Part shown: piece after piece, positions 48,537-58,923 of the stretch
Position numbering within the stretch: the stretch's first letter is position 1
Layout of the letters: each line of letters starts with the position of its first letter
From: Tubiluchus corallicola
Lineage: Eukaryota > Animalia > Priapulida
NCBI GenBank assembly: GCA_030141605.1
Contig: JAQGDQ010002414.1
Span: 1-58,923, forward strand
Direction of reading: 5' to 3'
DNA length: 58,923 bases
Translations under genes and position numbers: made by a program
Notes under the pieces: generated by a model
What the model was told of the DNA's origin: nothing
Database searches by the model: none
The model's input: the letters and a program-made list of their open reading frames with translations, nothing else

Positions 48537-50366
48537 ATGCATGACATTATACAATTATTACCTGATGCTGTTGCCAATCGCATTGCAGCTGGAGAAGTAG
48601 TACAACGGCCAGCTTCAGTAGTGAAGGAGCTAATGGAAAATTCTATTGACGCAGGCGCTACATCTATTCAACTAATTGTTAAAAATGCTGGAAGAGACTT
48701 AATTCAAGTGATAGATGACGGTAAGGGTATGAGTGAAATGGACGCAAGAATGTGTTTTGAAAGACACGCTACTTCTAAGATAAAATCCTCAAATGATATT
48801 TTTAGCATACAAACTATGGGGTTTAGAGGAGAGGCCTTAGCGTCAATAGCGGCAGTGGCACAGGTGGAGCTTAAAACCAAACAAAAAGAGGAAGAAGTAG
48901 GTACTTTTTTACGGATTGAGGGCTCTAAAATAAAAAAACAAGAGAGCGTAGCTTGCCAAAAGGGAAGTAACTTTGCTATTAAAAACCTGTTTTTTAACGT
49001 GCCAGCAAGAAGAAGTTTTTTAAAATCAAACCCAGTAGAGCAGCGCCATATCATGTCTGCATTTCGATGTATAGCATTGGCGTATCCAGAAATTAATTTT
49101 TCATTCCATCAGGATAATAAACAAATTTATAACTTGGAAGCATCAAAATTGTCGCAAAGAATAGTGGCAATGTTTGGAAGCAGCTACAAAGAACAATTGA
49201 TAGCTTGTTCTGAAACAACTCCTTATATATCAGTAAAAGGATATATTGGCAACCCCAAGAGTGCTAAAAAAGAACGCAAAGAACAATATCTTTTTGTGAA
49301 TAAAAGATTTGTTAAAAGCAATTACCTAAGCACTGCCGTTTTCCACGCATATAGAGAGTTGATACCTCATGACAAATATCCCTTTTATGTGCTATTTATT
49401 GAGATGGAGGCTAAACATATAGATGTAAATATTCACCCAACAAAGACAGAAATAAAATTTGAAAACGAACAGTTGATATTTAATTTTTTGTCTGTTATAG
49501 TCAAAAAAGCATTAGCAACAAACAACATAACCCCGTCGATAGATTTTGCAGTAGATGTTAATTTTAGCGATACAATAAAAAACATTCAAACAAAGGACAT
49601 TGAGCGAAGTGGTAAGGTTTCATCAATAAAATCCCATACACGACCATCATCAAGTAGAGCCAAATGGACAGATTTTTTAGCAACCTCTGCAAACAATGAA
49701 AGTTTTGGGGCGATGGCCAAAAAGGAACAAGAAAGTACCCAAACAAATTATTCTAGTGAGCCAGATCAGTTGACAATAGACACGCCAAAGACTGAAAACA
49801 CCCCACAGGAATTGATTTTTCAATTAGACGAAAAATATATTGTTTCTAAAATGGAACTAGGATTGCTGTTTATACATCAAAAAACGGCACATGAAAGAAT
49901 TTTGTATGAAAAATACAAAAGAAATTTGAAAGAAGAAAAAAATACAGGGCAGCAACTACTATTTCCTGAGTCGATAGAGCTTAGTCATGATGTGTACGCA
50001 TTAGTGAAAGAAATGGAAGAAGAGTTATCTGCATTTGGCTTTTGGATAGAAGACTTTGGAAACAATGCAATTATCTTGAGAGCTGTACCAGCAGAAATTA
50101 GCTCAAACGAAAAGGAAGTGTTTTTAGACTTTTTAAGCGAGTGCCAGAAAGGATATTCGAAATTTGGTGAAGACAAAAAGCATAAAACAGCAAAAATATT
50201 GGCAAAAAAGGCAGCATTTAAAGATAAAAAGAGCCTTACTAATGATGAAATGAAAAGCCTTATGGAGATGTTGTTTTCCTGTGAAAACCCTAATTATGGG
50301 TTAGATGGTGCACGCACGCATTACATATTGAAGACAGATAATTTGAAAGAATTACTGCTTAGATAA
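48537..50366 (+). CDS. mutL: DNA mismatch repair protein MutL
   Basis: IAAGEVV.RPASVVKEL.EN, HATSKI, GFRGEAL and DVNIHPTK.E. Confidence 0.97.
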   Translation: MHDIIQLLPDAVANRIAAGEVVQRPASVVKELMENSIDAGATSIQLIVKNAGRDLIQVIDDGKGMSEMDARMCFERHATSKIKSSNDIFSIQTMGFRGEALASIAAVAQVELKTKQKEEEVGTFLRIEGSKIKKQESVACQKGSNFAIKNLFFNVPARRSFLKSNPVEQRHIMSAFRCIALAYPEINFSFHQDNKQIYNLEASKLSQRIVAMFGSSYKEQLIACSETTPYISVKGYIGNPKSAKKERKEQYLFVNKRFVKSNYLSTAVFHAYRELIPHDKYPFYVLFIEMEAKHIDVNIHPTKTEIKFENEQLIFNFLSVIVKKALATNNITPSIDFAVDVNFSDTIKNIQTKDIERSGKVSSIKSHTRPSSSRAKWTDFLATSANNESFGAMAKKEQESTQTNYSSEPDQLTIDTPKTENTPQELIFQLDEKYIVSKMELGLLFIHQKTAHERILYEKYKRNLKEEKNTGQQLLFPESIELSHDVYALVKEMEEELSAFGFWIEDFGNNAIILRAVPAEISSNEKEVFLDFLSECQKGYSKFGEDKKHKTAKILAKKAAFKDKKSLTNDEMKSLMEMLFSCENPNYGLDGARTHYILKTDNLKELLLR

Positions 50367-50470
50367 GTATAAAAAACAAAGCTAAGTGACAACTTTTTTA
50401 GAATTTAACATGAAAAAATTGTAGAAAAGCGTTTAATTTGCTGAATTGTTTGGTTTAATATAAGAAATAA

Positions 50471-52280
50471 ATGGACGTAGCAATAAAAAAAACATTCTGC
50501 TTGCATCAGGTTAGCACAAAAACACACCAGCGAAAACTGTTTTTCTTATTGTGTTTTATTTTAGCACTGTACATTTCTGCCCCAGCACAAAAAAAGAGAA
50601 AGGATAAAAAGCAAAAAAACAAAACAGAGAATGCTGTTTCGTTAAAACAACGATTGAGCTCAGAGGCAAGTTTGATAGAAGCAGAGAGATATTTTCTTTT
50701 AGAAGATTACATAAAAGCCATAAGTTTATATGAAAAAGCCATTAAAAAGGACTCTAACAATGCAGCGGCTTACTTTCGGTTATCCCAAATATATTTAAGC
50801 AAAAAAAAACCACAACAATCTCTAAATACAATAAAAAAAGCACTGTCCTTGGATGAAACTAACCAATATTACTATCATTGGGAAGCAAAAATTTATGCCC
50901 AAATGGGTATGCATTCAGAGGTAGCACAAACATATCAAAATCTAATTAAACATCAAAAAGAGCAAGAGCCTTATTATTTGGAATTGATAGCATTTAACTA
51001 TGTAAAGGCAAACGAATATAGGAAAGCAATAGAGGCTTATGATGAATTGGAAAAACAATTAGGACAAAGTGAGGAATTAACGAAGAGAAAACAAAACCTC
51101 TATTTAAAGCAAAGTGATCTAAAAAAGGCCCTTAAAGAAGGGGAGAAGCTTATAAATGAATACCCTGATGACCCTGGAATGCTTTTAATTAATATTGATA
51201 TCTTAATTTCCAACAATAAGATTAAAGAAGCCCAAACATATGTTGAAAAAGCTGCCAAAAAGTTTCGATTATGTTATGTTTAAGGCGGTACTAGCCCATT
51301 TGTATTTGCATCAAGGCGATGAAAATCGGGCTTTTGCAATACTCACAGATATAATTACTAACTTATCATATAGTTCGAGTGATAAAGTAATAATTATTCA
51401 AAAAGCGTTGGACGAATATCAGTATAATACCTTTAAGTTGTTACATATTGTGGAGAAGTTATGTGCCACTTATCCCGATGATTTGAAGGTTTATGAGTTG
51501 GCATCAGAAATGTATATAGACTTAAAAATAGTAACCCCTGAAGCCATTAGAGTAGCAGAAAAAGCAATAGATTTAGGCACTACAAATACACACATTTGGC
51601 AAGAAGTAATTTTTAATTATGTAGATGATAATGAGTACAATAAAATAATAGAGTATGCGCAACAGGCAATAGAGCTGTTTCCAACCCACATTGTATTTCG
51701 TTTCTATTTAGCTTCTGCCTATTATATGGCCAAAATGTATGAACAAGCAGCACTCCATTTTGAACATGTCGTACAGACAGAATCAGTTTCAATTAGACCA
51801 GATGTTTTGGGAGCGGTATATGGCAATTTAGGAGATGTATACAATGAGTTGAAGCAATATGCAAAATCAGATTCTTTATATGAACTATCTTTGGCAATAA
51901 CGCCTGATTCTGACATAGTGTTGAATAACTATGCTTATTTTCTTAGTTTAAGAGAAGAAAATTTAGAAAAAGCCAAAAGCATGTCAAAACAAACAATACT
52001 TAGAAACCCTGATAATCCCACTTATCTTGACACGTATGCGTGGGTGTTGTATAAAATGAAAAATTACGAAGAGGCAGAGCAGTATATGGAAAAGGTTATT
52101 TCAATTAGCGAGGAAGAAGAAATTTCTAGCGTCATGTATGAGCATTATGGTGATGTTTTGTACCGACTAGAAAAGGTAGATGCAGCTGTAGAACAGTGGA
52201 AAAAGGCATTAAAAAAAGGTGATGCAGAAAATGAAGATGTTTTGAAACAAAAAATAACACAAAAAAAAATAAATGAATAG
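50471..52280 (+). CDS. Long TPR protein, frameshifted near 51265
   Basis: TPRs continue across ORFs 50471-51283 and 51240-52280. C-terminal LNNYAYFLS...YLDTYAWVLY...EHYGDVLY. Confidence 0.85.
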
Positions 52281-53061
52281 GCGGTTATTAACTATTATTA
52301 CCCTTTTTTCTCTTTTAATATTTTCTTGTAAAAAAAACTTATTATTGCCCAGCACTCAAGGCACTAATGAAGCTCAAAACACTAGCCAAAGTATATCACA
52401 AATAAGAACATTACCTTTAGACTATTTGGTGATTAAGTCTAAAGTTCTTTATCAACGCAACGAAGGAAACTATCAAAAAGGAACAATGCATATTCGGCTA
52501 AAAAAAGATAGCATTGTCTGGATATCTATTTCGGCTATAGGAGGAATAGAAGTTTCAAAAATGACATTTACAAAAGATGAATTTACATTGATAGATAGAG
52601 TGAATAAGCAATATGTGCAGGATCAGGGGGTGACAAAAATAGGAGTGTTGCAATTTGAAGATTTGCAATCAGTTATCATTGGAAGCGTACCAGAAGCATT
52701 ATCTAAGACCCTCAAAGTGAAACAAAATTCATCTATGTTATTGGAAGGAAAGGTGACGAATGAGCGAATAGAGCATTCGTACTTATTAAGCCCAGATGAT
52801 TATAGAACACATAGTTTGACATTGTTGGATACGGTATCTAAATATAAAGCAAAGCTTGATTATAAAGCATATCAAAAAGTTAATAGCTTTTTGATACCCA
52901 GCCAATTGACTATAAGTATTGGAAATGAAAAAGAAGACAAACAAGTACAGTTGCAGTTAGAGCACACCAAGATAGATATTACCAATAAACCAATAAAGTT
53001 CCCTTGCAATATTCCCAATAGGTATACAAAAGTAGATATAGATGATTATATTCAAAAATAA
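52273..53061 (+). CDS. DUF4292 lipoprotein
   Basis: Lipobox FSCK, IR..KDS.VWIS....GIEV, DR.NK.Y and F...IP..Y. Position between the TPR and EnvC-like genes fits the family. Confidence 0.85.
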   Translation: MNRRLLTIITLFSLLIFSCKKNLLLPSTQGTNEAQNTSQSISQIRTLPLDYLVIKSKVLYQRNEGNYQKGTMHIRLKKDSIVWISISAIGGIEVSKMTFTKDEFTLIDRVNKQYVQDQGVTKIGVLQFEDLQSVIIGSVPEALSKTLKVKQNSSMLLEGKVTNERIEHSYLLSPDDYRTHSLTLLDTVSKYKAKLDYKAYQKVNSFLIPSQLTISIGNEKEDKQVQLQLEHTKIDITNKPIKFPCNIPNRYTKVDIDDYIQK

Positions 53062-54230
53062 TAGAAACATACCTTTAATATTGGCTTTTATAGCTCTGTT
53101 GCTATGCCCTTTACAACAGAATGCAATAGGTCAGTCTAAAGAACATTTATTGCGAGAAAAAAAAGCTGCTGAAAGAAAAATAAAAGAGATTGAGGGGATA
53201 CTTGGGCAGACAAAAACACAAAGGCAAGCAAATATATCTCAACTCAAGGCCTTTAATGAAAAAGTGAAAAGCATGAAGTCAATCATTCGGACGATTGAAA
53301 AAGAGTTAAAAGCAACCAATGGTGAAATACGCCAAGCATCAGGCCTAATACTAGCTCTAGAAGAGGATCATAAAAGATTGAAAGAGGAGTATGCAAATAT
53401 GATATATAATGCCTATAAGTCAAGCAATCATATAAATATTCTTACCTACTTATTTGCGTCAAAAAACTTCCAACAATTTTTTATGCGAATAAGGTTTCTG
53501 AAACAATACATAAGAAAAAGAAATTTACAATTAGAATTGATTGAGGGAGTCAAAGAACAATTGATAACGGAAAAAATACAATTAGAAATTAATAAAGCAA
53601 AAAAATCAGACCTTTTAAGAGAAAATATAGTTAAGGAAAAGAACTTGATAGACTTGTGTCTCAACAAAATAAAATGCTTGCAGAGTTGAAAAAGAAGAGT
53701 CAAGCTTGAGGCGAAAGTTAAAAAAGGCAAAGAGACGTAAAAGCTTAGAAAGAACAATAGCTGCTATTGTTGCAGAGGAGTTAAGGGCGACCAAAGGTAA
53801 ACACAAGGCAAACAGTATTTTGTTTGAACAGAACAAAAACAAACTCCCTTGGCCTATTGCAAGAGGGTTTATAACTGGAAAGTTCGGCATACAACAACAT
53901 CCTGTCCTTGAACGAATTAAGGTGGATAACCAAGGTGTGATTTTCCAAACATATAAAGATGAAGAAGTGAAAGCAGTGTTTGAAGGGCAAGTAACTCAGG
54001 TGGCTCTTGTGCCGGGAGATATGAAAAATGTAATATTAATACAGCATGGGGAGTATTTTACGGTATATACCAGAATAGGAAAAGTATTTGTGAAAAAGGG
54101 AGATAAGATAAAGAAAAACCAAGTTATAGGAGCGGTAAGTACCAATGCACAAGGCTATTCAGAGCTTGAATTTCAAATTTGGAAAAATACAAACAAACTA
54201 AATCCAGAATTGTGGTTAGTTAGGAAATAG
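53042..54230 (+). CDS. envC: EnvC-like murein hydrolase activator (coiled coil plus degenerate M23 domain), frameshifted near 53655 and 53690
   Basis: Coiled coil, LPWP...G.I...FG, VFEG.V, HG.YFTVY and NP..WL. Zn-binding His residues are absent, as expected for EnvC. Confidence 0.82.
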
Positions 54231-55509
54231 AAATTATATTGCTAAAGCCACTTGATTTATCCTGTCTTCGAATGAATAATAATTTTTCCTTATCGCTCAT
54301 ATTGTTTGCATTCGTATCAAAATAGTTTTCTAATAATTTTCTACTTGCATTTCCAATAAGTTCATCAGGATATATATTGTGTCGGCAAAAATTTAGATAC
54401 TTTAAAACCTTCAATCCATTAAGCCACCTATAAAGATGCTTGTTAAATGTTTTGACATTCGCTGTGCTTTTATTTGCCTCATCAATGGCCGCTAGTATCT
54501 CTTTTTTGCCAAAAAAATTTAGCACACTTTTGGGAATTTCACTTAACGTTATGTTGGTTTCTTTATTGGTTGTTTTATAAAAGCGATTAATTAAGGAGAT
54601 GAATAATTTTAAATCATTAAAGCTTTTCCAATTATATGTTAATAGCGAAGCGTTAGCATTTTGTAAACTCTTGTGCATAAACATCCCTGTTCCAAATGGC
54701 ACACGAGTAGATTCCCTGTTAGACGGGATAACCGTCGTTGTTGTTAAATCTCTAAACTCTCCCAAAAGCATCATTTTTTGTAGAAAATAAAAATCTTCAC
54801 CAGCTTGCCGAGTATTCATTCCATTTTGTTTTGCATATGCGTCCGCCTTTACAGCCATGCAAGAACCCACAGTTTGAAAGGCAAAAGGATAACCTGTATA
54901 ACGTAATGCATTGACAAAATATCTTAAATGGAGTTCATAATTCAAGATAGATTTTGTGACATTTTCATTTTCGTCACCTAACTTATGTTCAAAATAGATA
55001 GAACACCCAACAGTATGAGGATGAGATATGAAAAAAGATTCTATGGCGGTAAAGTAATTAGTTTCGCATATGCTATCAGCATCAAGGCAAACAATAATAC
55101 CATTTTGATGCAAAGACGCAAATCTTCTTATAGCCTCATCCATGCCTAACTTTCTTGCATATCCCACACCTGCTTTTTTTCTTGGAATGTTTTGGCAATA
55201 TACTGCATGAAAGCTAAGTTTGGGTGAAGAGTAGACCTTTGCAAATGTTTTGCAAAGATTGAGACATCTCTTATGGATGTTTATTATTTCATCACAAGGA
55301 TTTTTTGGTTCATTAATTACAATAATCACCTCAATACTTCCTTGGCGTAGCATTTGGCACTTTGAAAGTGCTTTCAATGTAGGCTTTATTTCAAGCTCAT
55401 TAAAGGCGGGGATGACTACCACCATTTTTAGAAATTTGCTTGGAGGAGTGTTGATTAATGACTGTTGAAAAGCGTAGCGATTTAAATAGATATCAAAAAT
55501 ATTTTTCAT
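54220..55509 (-). CDS. GT-A fold (GT2-like) glycosyltransferase
   Basis: VVIPAFNE, GVG.ARK.GMD, LDAD, GEDFY and R.S.RVPFGTG. Confidence 0.85.
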   Translation of the reverse strand: MKNIFDIYLNRYAFQQSLINTPPSKFLKMVVVIPAFNELEIKPTLKALSKCQMLRQGSIEVIIVINEPKNPCDEIINIHKRCLNLCKTFAKVYSSPKLSFHAVYCQNIPRKKAGVGYARKLGMDEAIRRFASLHQNGIIVCLDADSICETNYFTAIESFFISHPHTVGCSIYFEHKLGDENENVTKSILNYELHLRYFVNALRYTGYPFAFQTVGSCMAVKADAYAKQNGMNTRQAGEDFYFLQKMMLLGEFRDLTTTTVIPSNRESTRVPFGTGMFMHKSLQNANASLLTYNWKSFNDLKLFISLINRFYKTTNKETNITLSEIPKSVLNFFGKKEILAAIDEANKSTANVKTFNKHLYRWLNGLKVLKYLNFCRHNIYPDELIGNASRKLLENYFDTNANNMSDKEKLLFIRRQDKSSGFSNIISIS

Positions 55510-55516
55510 GCCTTTT

Positions 55517-56158
55517 CTAAGGAGCTAATCTTTCTATTTTCCAAGACTTATCAGCTAATAAAGAATATAAGAATCTATCATGCAACCTACTAGATCTTCC
55601 TTGCCAAAACTCTATCCTAACGGGGCTAACAGCAATGCCTCCCCAATAAGCAGGACGTGGAACTTTTTTGCCTAAAAGCCGAAGAGCTTCTTTAAGAAAG
55701 GCAGCTTTTAATTGCTTTCTTGAACGTATAGCTTCACTTTGGGGAGATATGCGAGCACCTATCATGCTTTTCCAAGGACGGGAGCTAAAATATGTATCAG
55801 ATTTTTTTTTACTTACTTTGTGGGCTTTGCCCTCAATATGAACTTGCCGCTCTAAATCTTTCCACAAAAAAGTAAGCGACACATTGTTGTTTTCATCTAT
55901 TTGTTTGCCTTTTCTGCTGTTATAATTAGTGTAAAAAACAAAACACCCACTTTCTATATCCTTAAGTAGAACCGTTCGCGTGGACGGAATCCCTGCTGAA
56001 CACGTTGCAAGTATCATGGAGTTAACATCCTTTTCATTAGAGTTTTTAACCTCTTCAAACCAAACTTCAAATTGTTTGATGGGATTGGGGTGAAGATGCT
56101 TTTTTTTAAATGAAAATTTGTTGTATTCTCTTCGTATGTTAAAAATGTTGTTTGACAT
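55517..56158 (-). CDS. pdxH: Pyridoxamine 5'-phosphate oxidase
   Basis: RTVLLK, FYTNY.SRKG, RQV.IEG, YF.SRP and EFWQGR.SRLHDR. Confidence 0.96.
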   Translation of the reverse strand: MSNNIFNIRREYNKFSFKKKHLHPNPIKQFEVWFEEVKNSNEKDVNSMILATCSAGIPSTRTVLLKDIESGCFVFYTNYNSRKGKQIDENNNVSLTFLWKDLERQVHIEGKAHKVSKKKSDTYFSSRPWKSMIGARISPQSEAIRSRKQLKAAFLKEALRLLGKKVPRPAYWGGIAVSPVRIEFWQGRSSRLHDRFLYSLLADKSWKIERLAP

Positions 56159-56179
56159 AGGGCTATAATATTATTGCAG

Positions 56180-56187
56180 CAAAATTA
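56180..56187 (-). promoter_or_regulatory. Bacteroidota -7 promoter element
   Basis: Minus-strand TAATTTTG 21 nt upstream of pdxH. Confidence 0.45.
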
Positions 56188-56299
56188 ATAGCTATTTTTT
56201 TAAATAATTATTAATTTATGTTTATTTTGTAATAAATTTCAAGTAAAATTATTTTTTTTAAAGAAAAAAAACTATTATTAATGTGAATTTATTAAAGTA

Positions 56300-56920
56300 G
56301 TGAAGTTTATGACCTGTGACAATTTGTTGGCAAAATATTTTGAATATCAAAATGACATATTAGATATTGAGGCAGGGGATTTGCTTATAGCAGAGCCTTT
56401 TTTAGATGAAAAAGCTTTTACTAGATCTGTTATAATCATATGTGAGCATAACCCACAAGGCACCATAGGGTTTGTGCTTAACAAGCCTTCGTTGTATGCA
56501 TTAAATGATGTTATTGACATATGGGATGAAAACAGATTAGAAGAAAAATTATTTACCGGGGGGCCAGTAGCTAACGATACCTTGCATGTTTTACATACAT
56601 TAGGTGACAAAGCAGAGGAAGGAATAGAGGTGTGTGATGGCATATATTGGGGGGGTGATATAGATAGCCTGCTTGATGAAAATAGAAAGAATGAAGGCAA
56701 AAGTGCAATTCGTTTTTTTTTAGGTTACTCAGGGTGGATTCCAGGACAATTAGAACAAGAAGTGAAAGAAAATTCTTGGATTATTTCAAAAAAAAAATCA
56801 GGACTTAAGGATATTTTACTTAATGTAGAAAATGATAGGTTGTGGGAAGAGACTTTAAACGAAATGGGAGGGAAATATAAGGTTATATCAAAATTTCCTC
56901 TTGACCCAAAATTAAATTGA
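56300..56920 (+). CDS. YqgE/AlgH family protein
   Basis: LLIAEP, F.RSVI..CEH, GFVLNKP, GGPV and GYSGW..GQL..E...NSW. Confidence 0.92.
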   Translation: MKFMTCDNLLAKYFEYQNDILDIEAGDLLIAEPFLDEKAFTRSVIIICEHNPQGTIGFVLNKPSLYALNDVIDIWDENRLEEKLFTGGPVANDTLHVLHTLGDKAEEGIEVCDGIYWGGDIDSLLDENRKNEGKSAIRFFLGYSGWIPGQLEQEVKENSWIISKKKSGLKDILLNVENDRLWEETLNEMGGKYKVISKFPLDPKLN

Positions 56921-58671
56921 CAAGTTATATAACTTGTATAAACAAAATTAAAGGCATAGTGTTTATGAATAAAGTAAATGACACACGTGTGCAAGCAATG
57001 CATGAAAAAAATGAAAAAGTAGATTTTTCTAATTTTTCAAAAGAAGAATTGCTGGAAAAATTGAAACAATTGAACGGAATATCATTGAGTGACTATGCTC
57101 AATATAATAAAATAATAGCTGATATAAAAAAAACTTTTAGTGACTTTTGCAAAAAAGAGCAGAAAGAAGCATTGAAAGTATTTATTGAAAACGGGGGAGA
57201 AGAGAAAGACTTTACATACAAAAAACAAGAAATAGACACACAATTTTTTGACGTGCATTCTACGGTGCAAAAAAAAATAGCAGAGTGTTCGTCAAAAACA
57301 GAAGACCAGCGCCAAAAAAACTTAATCAAAAAGCAAGAGCTACTTGAAAGATTAAGAAAGATGGTAAGTAATGAAATATTAGAAAAAGCCTCTAACTCAA
57401 AATTATTTAACAATATTCAAGCAGAGTGGGAAGCCATTGGCGATGTGCCATCAAAAGATGCAAGGAAAGTAATGGCTAATTTTAATGCACTGAAGAGCCA
57501 TTATTATAATAATAAAAGAATCTATTTTGAATTACAGCAGCAGGGGAGTAAGAAAAACGAAGAAGAAAGATTGAAGCTTTGCAAAAGAGCAGAAGAACTA
57601 ATTGAAAAAATGGACACACAGTATGCTTATTCTGTAAGAGAATTTGATAAGCTAAGAGAGCAATTTGCAAATTTGGGAAGAAGCTACATAGGAGAAAAAG
57701 AGGCTATTAACCAATTTAAAACATTATGCCATGAGTTTTTCCTAAAAAGAAAAGAAATAAAGCGACAGTGCTTATCAAACGAAAATGAAAAAACTCTATT
57801 GCTAGAAAAAATAAAGCCTTTTACTATATTTAACTCTACGAATGAAGAAGAATGGAGAAAAAAATCTAGTGAAATATTTGAACTTCAAAAGAAATGGGAA
57901 AAAATAGGCTATGTTTCAAAGAAAATGAAAAGTATCAACAAAGAATTCTGGCATAGTCTAAAAAGCTTTTTCAATAATAAATCTAACTTTTCCAAGACAA
58001 TTAAAGAAGAGAATTTAAAGCAAAAACAAATGCTTTTAGAAGAAGCAAAAAGCTATGAAAATAGTCAGGATGTTGATGCTGCAACTAAAAGCTTGATAAA
58101 ATTACAACAAAAGTGGAAAGCCGTAGGAGAAATTCCGGGAAAGTATAGAAAATCTCTTTATGAACAATTTAACCAGGTATGTAACTCTTTTTTTGATAAA
58201 AAGAGGCAAAATAAAAAAAAGCTAACAGAGGAGAATATCATTAAAAAACAAGAAATATATGGCCAATTTACACTGCTTGTAGAGAATGTTAGTGAAAATT
58301 TCAATCAGATTAAAGAACTAATCAATAGTTGGCAACAAATAAAAACAGCCAAAAATGATGAGTTAGATAAAAAGATTAGAAACTTAGCAAAAGATGTTGT
58401 GAAATGTGTAGAAAAGGACAAAATGCAGCACAAAGAGATTAAAGCAATATTTGCTTCAGATGATGGCAAGAAAGCTATAGCAAGAGAGACAAGAGATAAT
58501 AGAAAATTAAAACAACAAATTGTCGTGTTACAAAACGAAGTCATAGTGTGGCAAAATAACATAAGCTTTTTAGCAAACTCTAAGGCGGCAATAAAACTAA
58601 AAGAAGAATACGAAAAGAAAATAAATAATGCTCAAAAAAAATTAGATAAACTAAAAGAGTCATTGGATTAA
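56917..58671 (+). CDS. DUF349 domain protein
   Basis: Repeated Q..W..IG.VP...F....FF units. Start is more likely at 56965. Confidence 0.88.
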   Translation: MTSYITCINKIKGIVFMNKVNDTRVQAMHEKNEKVDFSNFSKEELLEKLKQLNGISLSDYAQYNKIIADIKKTFSDFCKKEQKEALKVFIENGGEEKDFTYKKQEIDTQFFDVHSTVQKKIAECSSKTEDQRQKNLIKKQELLERLRKMVSNEILEKASNSKLFNNIQAEWEAIGDVPSKDARKVMANFNALKSHYYNNKRIYFELQQQGSKKNEEERLKLCKRAEELIEKMDTQYAYSVREFDKLREQFANLGRSYIGEKEAINQFKTLCHEFFLKRKEIKRQCLSNENEKTLLLEKIKPFTIFNSTNEEEWRKKSSEIFELQKKWEKIGYVSKKMKSINKEFWHSLKSFFNNKSNFSKTIKEENLKQKQMLLEEAKSYENSQDVDAATKSLIKLQQKWKAVGEIPGKYRKSLYEQFNQVCNSFFDKKRQNKKKLTEENIIKKQEIYGQFTLLVENVSENFNQIKELINSWQQIKTAKNDELDKKIRNLAKDVVKCVEKDKMQHKEIKAIFASDDGKKAIARETRDNRKLKQQIVVLQNEVIVWQNNISFLANSKAAIKLKEEYEKKINNAQKKLDKLKESLD

Positions 58672-58702
58672 TAAACTATGTTAATTATAAAATTTTAGAA
58701 AC

Positions 58703-58923
58703 ATGTCAGAATTTACGCAAGTTACATTAAACGGTCAAACATACCAATTTCCATTAAAAAGAGGAACGGAAGACGAATTAGCTATTGATATTAGTACACT
58801 TAGAGCAAAAACAGGAGCTATAACCTTAGACATAGGATACAAAAATACAGGGTGTACCCAAAGTGCTATTACTTTTCTTGATGGCGAAAAAGGAATATTG
58901 CGGTATAGAGGTTATACGATAGA
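58703..58923 (+). CDS. gltA: Citrate synthase, 5' part (truncated by the window edge)
   Basis: Read by hand: MSEFTQVTLNGQTYQFPLKRGTEDELAIDISTLRAKTGAITLDIGYKNTGCTQSAITFLDGEKGILRYRGY. Confidence 0.93.
   Translation, partial: MSEFTQVTLNGQTYQFPLKRGTEDELAIDISTLRAKTGAITLDIGYKNTGCTQSAITFLDGEKGILRYRGYTI

Noticed and set aside
1-58923. Mobile elements, prophage, tRNA/rRNA genes and the many short overlapping ORFs in the track
   Set aside because: No transposase, integrase, phage gene or structured RNA gene was recognised. The short ORFs lie antisense to or inside well-supported genes.

Overview
AT-rich Bacteroidota chromosomal window, probably Cytophagales-like, judged from a T9SS type B CTD protein, DUF3078, DUF4292, DUF349, DUF1573, DUF6146 and TAnnTTTG promoter elements. 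Most of it is housekeeping and envelope genes: M20 dipeptidase, purC, xth, mpg, ROK kinase, rsmE, a pyrC-like gene, comEC, pdxA, phoH, uxaB, bshA, mutL, an envC-like gene, pdxH and the start of gltA. The most unusual part is the left end. A cas-less mini CRISPR-like array (3763-4050; 36-nt repeat, minus strand GTTGTGGTTTGATATTAAAAAGAAATTAACGATATT; 4 spacers) sits about 40 nt upstream of a two-gene cassette encoding an unknown lipoprotein and a large Cys-paired Ig-like repeat surface protein. The array's truncated last repeat is followed by a partial anti-repeat that can fold back on it just before the start codon. The window also holds a 7-gene exported 3-keto-glycoside-type catabolic cluster (DoxX, 2 Gfo/Idh/MocA, 2 DUF1080, 2 TIM-barrel proteins) and several apparent pseudo-enzymes (PyrC-like, GH3 domain, DUF62). 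About a dozen small frameshifts are most likely long-read assembly errors. All family calls come from motif recognition by eye; no database search was run.
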